Positions 6,922 to 13,995 of a DNA stretch of 23,350 nt are shown here, one piece after another. This DNA is from Planctomycetota bacterium (GTDB lineage: Bacteria > Planctomycetota > JAZDJP01). Position 1 is the first letter of the stretch. Each line of letters starts with the position of its first letter. The notes beneath the pieces were generated by a model. That model saw only the letters and a program-made list of their open reading frames with translations, ran no database searches and was not told the origin of the DNA. Both the position numbers and the translations under genes were made by a program. The stretch spans positions 1 to 23,350 of the forward strand of contig JAZDJP010000040.1 in assembly GCA_043803805.1 (NCBI GenBank). The letters are read 5' to 3'.

Positions 6922-7905
6922 TCACGCCGTCAACCGCCCCGTTTCAATCTCCCGGATGAGATTTTCAAGAAGGGCGATTTTGTCGGGGGGGAAGCGCCAC
7001 TGGCGGCGGTTCTCGTCGGAGAGAAGCCCCTTGAGTTGCGGAATCACAAGCATCTCGGCGGCATCCTCGCTCCGGAGCGCCCGCGCCACGTAGGATTCCT
7101 CGTCGCACGTCTCGAAGAAACTCTTGATGCCTTTTGCGGGATCGCCCCCCACCCGGGCGAAGTCCTGACCGTAGATGTGAAGGCTGAAAACGTGGTCGGA
7201 GTAGCTCCCCACCTTCACCGGCCGATTCGCTTTCGCGGCGATGTCCTTCGCGATCATCTGCTGGAGAAACGTGATTCCAATTAAATTATCCGGCCAGGCC
7301 TTGTAGAGGTCGCGGCTGCGCCAGTGGGTGCTTAAATTCAGCACGAGATTCCCGTCGGCGTCCTCCGGACAGCGGAATTGCATCTCCCGCAGGCACGGGA
7401 CGTCCTCCTTCAGGAACGGATCGAGCCAGGGCGCCGGGGTGGAGGCGACCGCCCGGCGGGTGTGCGGGGTCTTCGCGACGCGCTCGATGGCGAGCGCCAC
7501 CTGGTCCACCGTCCCGCCATCCGGCCCCGGGTGGGCGAAAAGCCTCTGGTGGTACGTGTAGGGCCACTCCGTCGCGGCGAGTTCCCCGTGGATGGAGGCC
7601 TTGAGTTTTTCCACCGGCACCACGAGATGGTCCTTCACTCCGAGAAACTCGGCGATGTAGGTCCCGATTTCGCAGAAGGACACCGCCGGGTAGCGCGGCT
7701 GGGCGAAGGGATCCAGAATTTCCACGAGGACGCGGGCGTCGCGGCTGGGCGGGTCCATGAACGACCCGTCCGGATTCTTCCGGTCGTACTCCGTCCGCAT
7801 GGCCAATCCGTTCTCCCACACCGCCTTCATGGCGCGGTAGTGGGCGCGGGGAATGGACTCGGCGACGACGTGAAGAGTGGGCAGGCGGCCGGGGTTCGTG
7901 GACAT
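6922..7905 (-). CDS. Divergent thymidylate synthase (ThyA) family protein; a thymidylate synthase or pyrimidine-nucleotide C5 hydroxymethylase-like enzyme
   Basis: Aligns by eye to ThyA core motifs: YTYHQRLF (~YGxQWR), DQVALAIERVAKTPHTRRAVASTPAPW (~DQ...DPxSRRxIxSAWN), PCLREMQFRC (~PCHxxFQFYV, catalytic Cys), LSTHWRSRDLYKAWPDNLIGITFL (~LSCQLYQRSxDxxLGxPFNIASYALL), DHVFSLHIY (~GDxHxY). SD GGGAGGA lies 6 nt upstream of the ATG at 7905. The longer ORF extension to 8058 is a translation of the GAGTC repeat and was discarded. Confidence 0.75.
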   Translation of the reverse strand: MSTNPGRLPTLHVVAESIPRAHYRAMKAVWENGLAMRTEYDRKNPDGSFMDPPSRDARVLVEILDPFAQPRYPAVSFCEIGTYIAEFLGVKDHLVVPVEKLKASIHGELAATEWPYTYHQRLFAHPGPDGGTVDQVALAIERVAKTPHTRRAVASTPAPWLDPFLKEDVPCLREMQFRCPEDADGNLVLNLSTHWRSRDLYKAWPDNLIGITFLQQMIAKDIAAKANRPVKVGSYSDHVFSLHIYGQDFARVGGDPAKGIKSFFETCDEESYVARALRSEDAAEMLVIPQLKGLLSDENRRQWRFPPDKIALLENLIREIETGRLTA

Positions 7906-7953
7906 GCGGATTCCTCCCGTAATAAATCGAGGATGTTCGTGATGCCGCCCCAT

Positions 7954-8095
7954 GAGTCTGGAGAGTCCGCGAGTCGGCGAGTCAGGGAGTCTACCCCCCT
8001 CCCCCCTGAACTTTCCACCTCTCTGACTCCGTCGGTTTTTCTGCGAGTCACAGGCCACAGGTCCGGGACTCGGTGACTCGAAGACTCACCGACTA
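7954..8095. repeat. Inverted pair of 8-bp-unit arrays: GAGTC x5 (7954,7963,7971,7979,7987) and GACTC x3 plus a degenerate unit (8067,8075,8083,8091), separated by about 75 bp that contains a CCCCCCTCCCCCCTGAACT...TTTTCTGCGAGTC motif
   Basis: Read directly from the sequence. It sits between the stop of the methyltransferase-PDZ gene (8100) and the ThyA-like start (7905), so it occupies the ThyA-like promoter region. Confidence 0.85.
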
Positions 8096-8099
8096 CTTC

Positions 8100-9131
8100 T
8101 TACCAAAGCGTCACCTCGATTTTCACCTTCCGTTTTCCGCGCACCATCACGAGGCGCAGTTTCTTCTCCTCGCCGACGGATTTTCGCAAGCGATGGATGT
8201 CGAGTTCCCCGACGGGACAATCGCTCACCGCGGCCAGGCGGTCCTTCGCCTTGACGCCGGCCTTCTCGGCGGGCGTGCCCGGAAGCACCTCCCCCACCGG
8301 CCAGGCGTCGCCCGTGCGCGTGATGTTCAGTCCGATCCCCAAAAGGGCCACCCCCAGACGCATGACATCGCAGGCCGCGTTCACCTCCACCCAGATGCCC
8401 TTCCCGGCCGGGACGGCCGTGATGACGGCCAGAGCCCCCGGCTCGCCGCGGTCCGAGTGATACGCGTATTCAAACGAGGCGATCCGGAAATCCGCCGTGT
8501 GGAGCGCACCCAGCCACTCCCGCGTCGCGGTCGAATCCTTCAGGGACGCGGCCGAAACGAGGATGCCGTCCTCCGCGAGCGCGCCCCGGACCCGCCGGAA
8601 CGCCTCCGCCCGCTCCCGGACGCATTCCACCGCGCGGGTGTCCACCGCCGCGTCGAAGGGCCCCCTGGGAAGCGCCTTCGTGAAATCCCCCGTCACGAAC
8701 TCGATATTTTTAATCTTGAGCGCCCCGGCCATCCGCCGCGCCTCGGCGACGGCGTTCCGGGCGAAATCCATCCCCGTGACGCGGGCCTTCTTGTTTCGCG
8801 CGGCGTACCACGTCGCGAGGTATCCGGTGGAACTCCCGAGGTCGAGGATGCGTTTCCTCTCACCGATCGCCTCCGCCGCCGCTTCCCCGGCCGCGCGGAC
8901 GGCGTCCGTGTGCATGGAGAGCACCACGGGCGCTATTTTCGGGTCGGCGGTGAAATTGGAAAACCCCTGCCAGTCCGCGAGATTGGATCCCTCGCGCTCG
9001 AGAGGCTGGAGAAGGGTCTGCACCTCGCGGGCGACCCGGGGGCCGAGTTCCTTCGCGGCCCAGTAGAAATAATCCACCGAGGTGAACCGCCGGAGGCCGA
9101 AGCGGACGAGATGCTTCTCCAGGGACGTCAT
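8100..9131 (-). CDS. Class I SAM-dependent methyltransferase fused to a C-terminal PDZ domain
   Basis: Methyltransferase motifs I (ILDLGSSTGYLATWYA), II (VTGMDFARNA) and III (IEFVTGDF) are present. The C-terminal 90 aa match the PDZ pattern (GIGLNITRTGDAWPVGEVLPGTPAEKAGVKAKDRLAAV...LRLVMVRGKRKVKIEV). Confidence 0.8.
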   Translation of the reverse strand: MTSLEKHLVRFGLRRFTSVDYFYWAAKELGPRVAREVQTLLQPLEREGSNLADWQGFSNFTADPKIAPVVLSMHTDAVRAAGEAAAEAIGERKRILDLGSSTGYLATWYAARNKKARVTGMDFARNAVAEARRMAGALKIKNIEFVTGDFTKALPRGPFDAAVDTRAVECVRERAEAFRRVRGALAEDGILVSAASLKDSTATREWLGALHTADFRIASFEYAYHSDRGEPGALAVITAVPAGKGIWVEVNAACDVMRLGVALLGIGLNITRTGDAWPVGEVLPGTPAEKAGVKAKDRLAAVSDCPVGELDIHRLRKSVGEEKKLRLVMVRGKRKVKIEVTLW

Positions 9132-9325
9132 GGCCGTTCATGGTAAGCGGCGGCCCCCGCCGGCGCAATCCGAATTCCGCCGGATCCCCGCGCCGCCGGG
9201 TTCCACCTCTACCGCGTGAGGCAGGCCGCCAAGCACAAAATCACCGCGACCGGTTTCTTTTTATATATCCATCGGCGCGGGCCTGGAAACCCTTGAGCCC
9301 GGCGGCAGGGGAACGGGGGGCCGAC

Positions 9326-12300
9326 CTAGTCCGTGCGCTCGACCTTCGCGGTGGCCGTCCTTACCAGCGCCGCCTTGCCGGAACCGTCCCAGAACCGCAG
9401 CGCGGCAACCACCTCGGCGCCCACCTTCAGGTACGGGCCATCGCGCGTGACGAGCTCGACAACGAGTTTTTTACCGGCATGGACGGTGATGGTATCCCGG
9501 GCCTTGGGGTCCTCTCCCGGAAAGAACTTGCCATTGTTTCCCACGGTCGCGACGTGCATGTTCCAGGAGAGATTGACGTCCTTCTTGCCGGCGGAGTTGT
9601 CCAACTCCACGGCCACCTTGGCGTGGAGCGGCGAGCCGCCGTCGGGGCCGGGATTGTCCACGACGGGCATCCAGTCGCGCCAGAAGTAGACGTCCCCGGT
9701 CTTAATCTTGCAGTCGCCAACGGCCTCCCCGCGCTGGAGCACCACCTCGGCCCTGCCCGGCTCGACGATCTCGATTTCCACGGGGCCGGTGGTGACCTTG
9801 CCGTTCCAGAATGCGGTCCCCGCTTGCGGAACGTCGCAAGCCGCGGTCATGACGTACTTGCCGGGCGGCAGGGACTTCGACAAGATGTTTTTCCCCTCCT
9901 CGCCGACGTTCCAGAACTCACACATCAACAACGCCTGCGCTTTTTCACCGGCCTGTAAATTCACATCGGGGCGGAGAGGCATCGGCTTCGGCGGCGGGTG
10001 AATGCTCGCCGTGTACGTTTTCTTGCTTTCTTGCGCGACAAGACGCACTTTCCAACTCCATGTGTCAAGCACCCAACCCGGCAGTTTTATGGGCTGATTT
10101 CCCGCGTTCATGAGACAAGCATCCATCACAACCGGCTTCCCGGCCTCGAACTTCGCCTGCTTGGCCGACAGCCCCGCTTGGAGGCCGTTCACCGCCGAGC
10201 CCCAGGAAATGTTTTCAGCCTCCTTTCCACCCTTTTCTATCCGAATCGTCCAGACGTTTGAACTGACTTTTCCGCGAATCTGACGGATTCTATATTCGCC
10301 GGGTTTTTCGAATGAAAAAAAAGTTGAAAGAGGGATAACAAGAGTTTGTTCCTGCCCCGACGCCAGGGAGTAGCGAGTGTTGACGATATGGTTGGCGATA
10401 CGGCCCTTCACGGCTTTCCCATCAGGACCGATGACTTCCAACAACGCCGCGTTAAATGCTCCGAGGTAGAGATTTTCCTGAACATCTTCTTGGTCCATTT
10501 GCTCGAAATGGCCGACGTCCTGTATGGCTTCCTTGCCGCCGTTTCTTACGCCAAGTGTGACTTTGATGACCTCGTTCGGTGCGTATTCCGTCTTTTCCGA
10601 CCAGACGCCGCATTGAAGCCCCGCGTTCAGCCCGACCGACGCCTGGCCCCAGGAGATGTTGTCCTTCGGCACCGTCGATTTCGCGCCGCTTTTATCCCTG
10701 ACCTCGATCCTGATTGAACCGGTCTCCACCGCACCCGTCCATGCGGGAACGAGGTTCTGGGGCACGACCCTGACGTGTTTTCGCGTGTCGCCTCCCCATT
10801 GATATTTCGCTTTGACAAGGTACTCTCCTGCCGGCAAGGCATCGACATCAATCTTGGCGCCCGCAGGGGAGTTCCCGATTTTCCAGAATCCGCCGACCTC
10901 GCCAAAAACGATGGTCTCGATTTTCCGATCCTTCTTTTCGAATTCGCCAAGAGAAATATCTTCCCCTCCCGCCGACTTCGTCCAGTAGTAGATTTCTTTC
11001 CTTTCCCCGGATTCAAACGAGAGCGCGAACCGGTCCGGATGGTCCCAAGCATCCAGCCGGAGCGCTTTTCCCCCCGTATTTTCAAAATGAATAGCGAAAT
11101 TCATGGATTCGCCGGCCCTGAATACGTTTTGTCCTGCGGTTGCGATCCCCGCCTGCAGGCCGTTGACGGGCTGGCCCCAAGAAATGTTTTCAGCCTCCTT
11201 TCCACCCTTGGTCTGAATTTCAACCGCTGGTGAGCCGGCCTCGCCTATCCAGACTCCTTCCTTGCGGAGTTTTTCCAAGTACGCAACCGCCTCCGCCTTA
11301 TTGGCCTCGGTGTTCTCAACAAGGGAGTCCAGCGTCAGGGCGTACCGGAATCGCACCGCGCGGGCCCTTGCCTCCGGCGCGGCGCCGAAGAATTCCTTGA
11401 GAGAGCCCGACGAAAGCGCCGCGGTTTCCCCCGGCGCGATGATTTTGCGCTTGCCGTCGTAGATGCCGGCGTCGAGCACCGCGAGTTCTCCAGTTTTGTA
11501 GCTGAGCCCCTGACGTACGACCGCCCCCTTCTCGTCCACGAGTTCCCAGCCGGAGGAACCCCGATAGGTGCAGAGCGTCACGGGTTTGTCACCCTCGTTT
11601 CTGACAAATGCCCCGGCGCGCAATCCGTCTCGGTCTTTCGTCAACCGGACGCCAACAGACAGGCCGTTGACCGGCTGGCCCCAGGAAATGCCGTCGTTTA
11701 CGGGTGAATCCGTAGGGGCGGGTTTCAAACCCGCCCCTACATTGTCGGTTTTTTTCGTGACGTCCTCGCCCGCCCTGCACCCCGCCACCACCACCGCCAT
11801 TGCGAGAAACACCATTCCTGTGAATCCCAGCATCCAGGTATTCATCCGCGTCACAAGACGCCTCCTTTCGTCAAGAATTCCTTTCACACGCTCCTCAAGA
11901 TTCCACCGGGGATGCACGAGGCCCACCGCCGCCGGTGTGCGGTGGAAGATGCTCGTCTTCTCCGCGAGATCCAAGAGCATTTTGGCGTAACCCGGCGCGT
12001 TCCCCCGCCGCAATACATAATTGTCGCACACCTCCTCGCGGGCGCGGGCGAGTTCGCCGTTTGCCTTCCAGACAAACGGATGCCACCAGAACACGACTTC
12101 CGCGATGCGCTGAAGAAGTCCCACCAGATGATCCCGCTGAAGAACGTGGGCGCATTCGTGGACGAGAATATCGCGAAGTTCCACCGGACCGAGAAGTCCC
12201 GCCACCGGCGTCGGAAGCAAAATCATCGGCCGCGTGATGCCGAAACAGATCGGCCCCGTGATCTGCCCCGACATGCCGATCGGAGGAAGCGCGCGGACGC

Positions 12301-12880
12301 CGAGCGCATTTTTCACATCCGCCAGGACGGGCCCCATCTCGTCGTCATCCAGCGGGATGGCGCTTGTCCGGAGCGCCGTCTGGACTCCAAAACCATGAAT
12401 CAGACGAACCAGCATGACAAGAACTCCCCCCGCCCAGACGAGAAAAACGCCGCACACCGCGGCCCGAATCCGGTCCGCTCGGGAAAGCGGCGGCGACGCG
12501 GGTTTCACGGGCGTCGCCGGCGCGGTCTCCGCGCGGACGACCGGCGCCGGATGCGGGGAGACCGGGATGACGGGTTCCGAAACGGTTTGGATCGACGTCG
12601 CCGGTGCGGCCGCCGCCGGTGGGGAAACAGGTTTCTCCCTCAAGAAAGGAAGAGTAAACGTCGTGATCCCCGCCGCCTCCGCCACCACCGACACCAGCGG
12701 CGCGAGAAGCACCACCGCCAGGGCCGACAGCCACAATCCGTAACGGACGGCCGCCCCCGCCCGGCGGAAAATCCGGGAAAGCATCCAGGCCAGAGCCACC
12801 ACCACCGTGACCTGGATCAACGCATTCATCGCGGCGAGCGCCGCGGCGTCACCAAGATAAAATCGGAGAAGCGTCCTCAT
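9326..12880 (-). CDS. blaR1: BlaR1/MecR1-family M56 peptidase signal transducer (anti-repressor) with a very large C-terminal extracytoplasmic sensor built from about four tandem repeats, each of about 190 aa, carrying an ISWGQPVNGL motif
   Basis: N-terminal TM helices and the zinc-metalloprotease motif VHECAHVLQRDH characteristic of BlaR1; a further TM at about aa 350; the repeats contain DGISWGQPVNGL, ENISWGQPVNGLQAG, DNISWGQASVGLNAG and ENISWGSAVNGLQAG. The gene overlaps the upstream blaI-family gene by 4 nt (ATGA). Confidence 0.85.
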   Translation of the reverse strand: MRTLLRFYLGDAAALAAMNALIQVTVVVALAWMLSRIFRRAGAAVRYGLWLSALAVVLLAPLVSVVAEAAGITTFTLPFLREKPVSPPAAAAPATSIQTVSEPVIPVSPHPAPVVRAETAPATPVKPASPPLSRADRIRAAVCGVFLVWAGGVLVMLVRLIHGFGVQTALRTSAIPLDDDEMGPVLADVKNALGVRALPPIGMSGQITGPICFGITRPMILLPTPVAGLLGPVELRDILVHECAHVLQRDHLVGLLQRIAEVVFWWHPFVWKANGELARAREEVCDNYVLRRGNAPGYAKMLLDLAEKTSIFHRTPAAVGLVHPRWNLEERVKGILDERRRLVTRMNTWMLGFTGMVFLAMAVVVAGCRAGEDVTKKTDNVGAGLKPAPTDSPVNDGISWGQPVNGLSVGVRLTKDRDGLRAGAFVRNEGDKPVTLCTYRGSSGWELVDEKGAVVRQGLSYKTGELAVLDAGIYDGKRKIIAPGETAALSSGSLKEFFGAAPEARARAVRFRYALTLDSLVENTEANKAEAVAYLEKLRKEGVWIGEAGSPAVEIQTKGGKEAENISWGQPVNGLQAGIATAGQNVFRAGESMNFAIHFENTGGKALRLDAWDHPDRFALSFESGERKEIYYWTKSAGGEDISLGEFEKKDRKIETIVFGEVGGFWKIGNSPAGAKIDVDALPAGEYLVKAKYQWGGDTRKHVRVVPQNLVPAWTGAVETGSIRIEVRDKSGAKSTVPKDNISWGQASVGLNAGLQCGVWSEKTEYAPNEVIKVTLGVRNGGKEAIQDVGHFEQMDQEDVQENLYLGAFNAALLEVIGPDGKAVKGRIANHIVNTRYSLASGQEQTLVIPLSTFFSFEKPGEYRIRQIRGKVSSNVWTIRIEKGGKEAENISWGSAVNGLQAGLSAKQAKFEAGKPVVMDACLMNAGNQPIKLPGWVLDTWSWKVRLVAQESKKTYTASIHPPPKPMPLRPDVNLQAGEKAQALLMCEFWNVGEEGKNILSKSLPPGKYVMTAACDVPQAGTAFWNGKVTTGPVEIEIVEPGRAEVVLQRGEAVGDCKIKTGDVYFWRDWMPVVDNPGPDGGSPLHAKVAVELDNSAGKKDVNLSWNMHVATVGNNGKFFPGEDPKARDTITVHAGKKLVVELVTRDGPYLKVGAEVVAALRFWDGSGKAALVRTATAKVERTD
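10183..10234. repeat. Intragenic DNA repeat, copy 1 (52 nt; the last 34 nt are nearly identical to 11175-11208)
   Basis: GGCCGTTCACCGCCGAGCCCCAGGAAATGTTTTCAGCCTCCTTTCCACCCTT matches 11157-11208 with about 6 mismatches, and the 3-prime 34 nt differ at a single position. It encodes the KGGKEAENISWGQ segment of a sensor repeat. Confidence 0.7.
11157..11208. repeat. Intragenic DNA repeat, copy 2 (paired with 10183-10234)
   Basis: See copy 1. Weaker, more diverged copies occur near 10621-10660 and 11671-11700. Confidence 0.7.
11702..11730. repeat. 29-nt perfect palindrome GTAGGGGCGGGTTTCAAACCCGCCCCTAC located in frame inside the blaR1-like ORF, where it encodes the GAGLKPAPT linker segment
   Basis: Exact self-reverse-complement with a 14-bp stem; same family as 5641-5669 (opposite loop orientation) and 6874-6901. 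Confidence 0.8.
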
Positions 12881-13275
12881 GCGCGTTTCCTCCCCTTCTC
12901 GGCCGTGTCAATGAGTTTCCGGATGCGCGTGGTCTCCTCGGAGGTGAGATTCTCCCCGTCCACGAGGGCCGCCACGAGCCCCGACGCGGATCCCGCGAAG
13001 ACGGTCCGCACGAGACGCGACACGATCCCCCCCAAGGCCTGTTTGCGTTCGGTGGCCGCGGAATACACAAAACTGTTCCGCACCGCCCGACGAACCAGCC
13101 ACCCCCGTTCTTCGAGGCGCGTCATGTGAGTGAGGACGGTGTTCCGGGCCACCGGCCGCCGGGCGCGCAGAACATCCCAGACGTCCGCGACCGACGCCTC
13201 CCGGCGTTCCCAGATCACGTTCATGATCTCGAGTTGTCCGGGAGAAAGGGTTTCCGTGGAAGACATTCGGCCCAT
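12877..13275 (-). CDS. blaI: BlaI/MecI/CopY-family (penicillinase repressor) winged-helix transcriptional repressor
   Basis: N-terminus LSPGQLEIMNVIWERREASVADVWDVLRARRPVARNTVLTHMTRLEERGWL has the typical BlaI DNA-binding domain, followed by a C-terminal dimerisation region. SD GGAGG lies 6 nt upstream of ATG 13273-13275, and the stop overlaps the blaR1 start. Confidence 0.85.
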   Translation of the reverse strand: MGRMSSTETLSPGQLEIMNVIWERREASVADVWDVLRARRPVARNTVLTHMTRLEERGWLVRRAVRNSFVYSAATERKQALGGIVSRLVRTVFAGSASGLVAALVDGENLTSEETTRIRKLIDTAEKGRKRA

Positions 13276-13293
13276 GCGAGACCTCCTTCTCAA

Positions 13294-13345
13294 CGATTGT
13301 TGTAGGCATAATACCTACCCGAGTAGGCATTGACAAGAAAAAAAA
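13294..13345 (-). promoter_or_regulatory. Candidate blaI-blaR1 promoter with an overlapping operator
   Basis: The minus-strand read gives -35 TTGTCA, a 17-nt spacer and -10 TATTAT. The spacer contains the dyad GCCTAC-TCGG-GTAGG, and a further GCCTAC follows the -10 hexamer. Confidence 0.5.
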
Positions 13346-13360
13346 CGAAATTATTTTTCG

Positions 13361-13390
13361 GACGGGTGAAAAAAACCGCCCGTCGCCGAG
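13361..13390 (-). terminator. Weak hairpin GACGGG...CCCGTC with a T-rich tract following on the minus strand; possible terminator of the small ORF 13448-13663
   Basis: 6-bp GC stem with a 12-nt loop on the minus strand, followed at some distance by a T8 run; not a canonical intrinsic terminator. Confidence 0.2.
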
Positions 13391-13447
13391 GATCCCGATG
13401 AAATCGTGATGACCGGCCGAAACGCCTGCGCCATCGCCGGACCTCCG

Positions 13448-13663
13448 TCAGATCCCCGGGGCGGTCGGGGTGGTCGGCGCGACCGGGACGGCCGGGACGA
13501 CCGACGGCAGGGACAGGGGCGGAGACGGGGGCAGCGGCAGGGGGGAAATCGCCGGGGGCGGCGTTTCGACCGTTCCCATTTTCCGCCTTAACTTTTCCTC
13601 ATGCTTTCGTTTCTTGGCGATGTCCCGCTGTCGCTTCGCAAACGCATAATTGGGCTTGGCCAT
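13448..13663 (-). CDS. Hypothetical small basic protein (MAKPNYAFAKRQRDIAKKRKHEEKLRRK...) with a Pro-rich C-terminal tail
   Basis: AGGATGG SD-like sequence 6 nt upstream of the ATG. The N-terminal 30 aa look like a real basic peptide. The C-terminal half lies in a GC-rich low-complexity tract, so the call is uncertain. Confidence 0.3.
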   Translation of the reverse strand: MAKPNYAFAKRQRDIAKKRKHEEKLRRKMGTVETPPPAISPLPLPPSPPLSLPSVVPAVPVAPTTPTAPGI

Positions 13664-13995
13664 GTTCCATCCTCATGAAGGGAAGGGTTGATCGCGGAAC
13701 CGGAGCAGGTCCCCCTTCGCCATCCCGGCACCGGGACCGGAACCCGCCCACCGCCGACAACATCAGTATACGGGACGGGAAGCGCTGGAACAAAGCGAAA
13801 TCCGATCCGCGCCAACGCGGGCGCCCGTCCGCGTTCGTCCCTTTTCCTCCTCCAACACCTTCACGCATCTCCCCAGCCGCCGACAATTCCCGCATCGGGT
13901 TCCCGTTTTCGCCCCTCATTTATCGTGTCAAATCCCGGCCCACTTCGTTAAAATCCCCGGCTGGATGCATTTACACTTAACGGAGGATGGCCTCA

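Noticed and set aside
7906-8058. 51-codon N-terminal extension of the ThyA-like ORF given in the ORF track (start 8058)
   Set aside because: The extension is a translation of the GAGTC array and the G-rich block (…GRLPDSPTRGLSRL…). An internal ATG at 7905 has a strong GGGAGGA Shine-Dalgarno sequence, and the ThyA-fold similarity begins after it.
11912-13129. 405-aa plus-strand ORF overlapping blaR1 and blaI
   Set aside because: It is antisense to both genes and has an extreme Arg/His/Pro-rich composition (RRRRGFHGRRRRG…). It is a shadow frame in GC-rich DNA.
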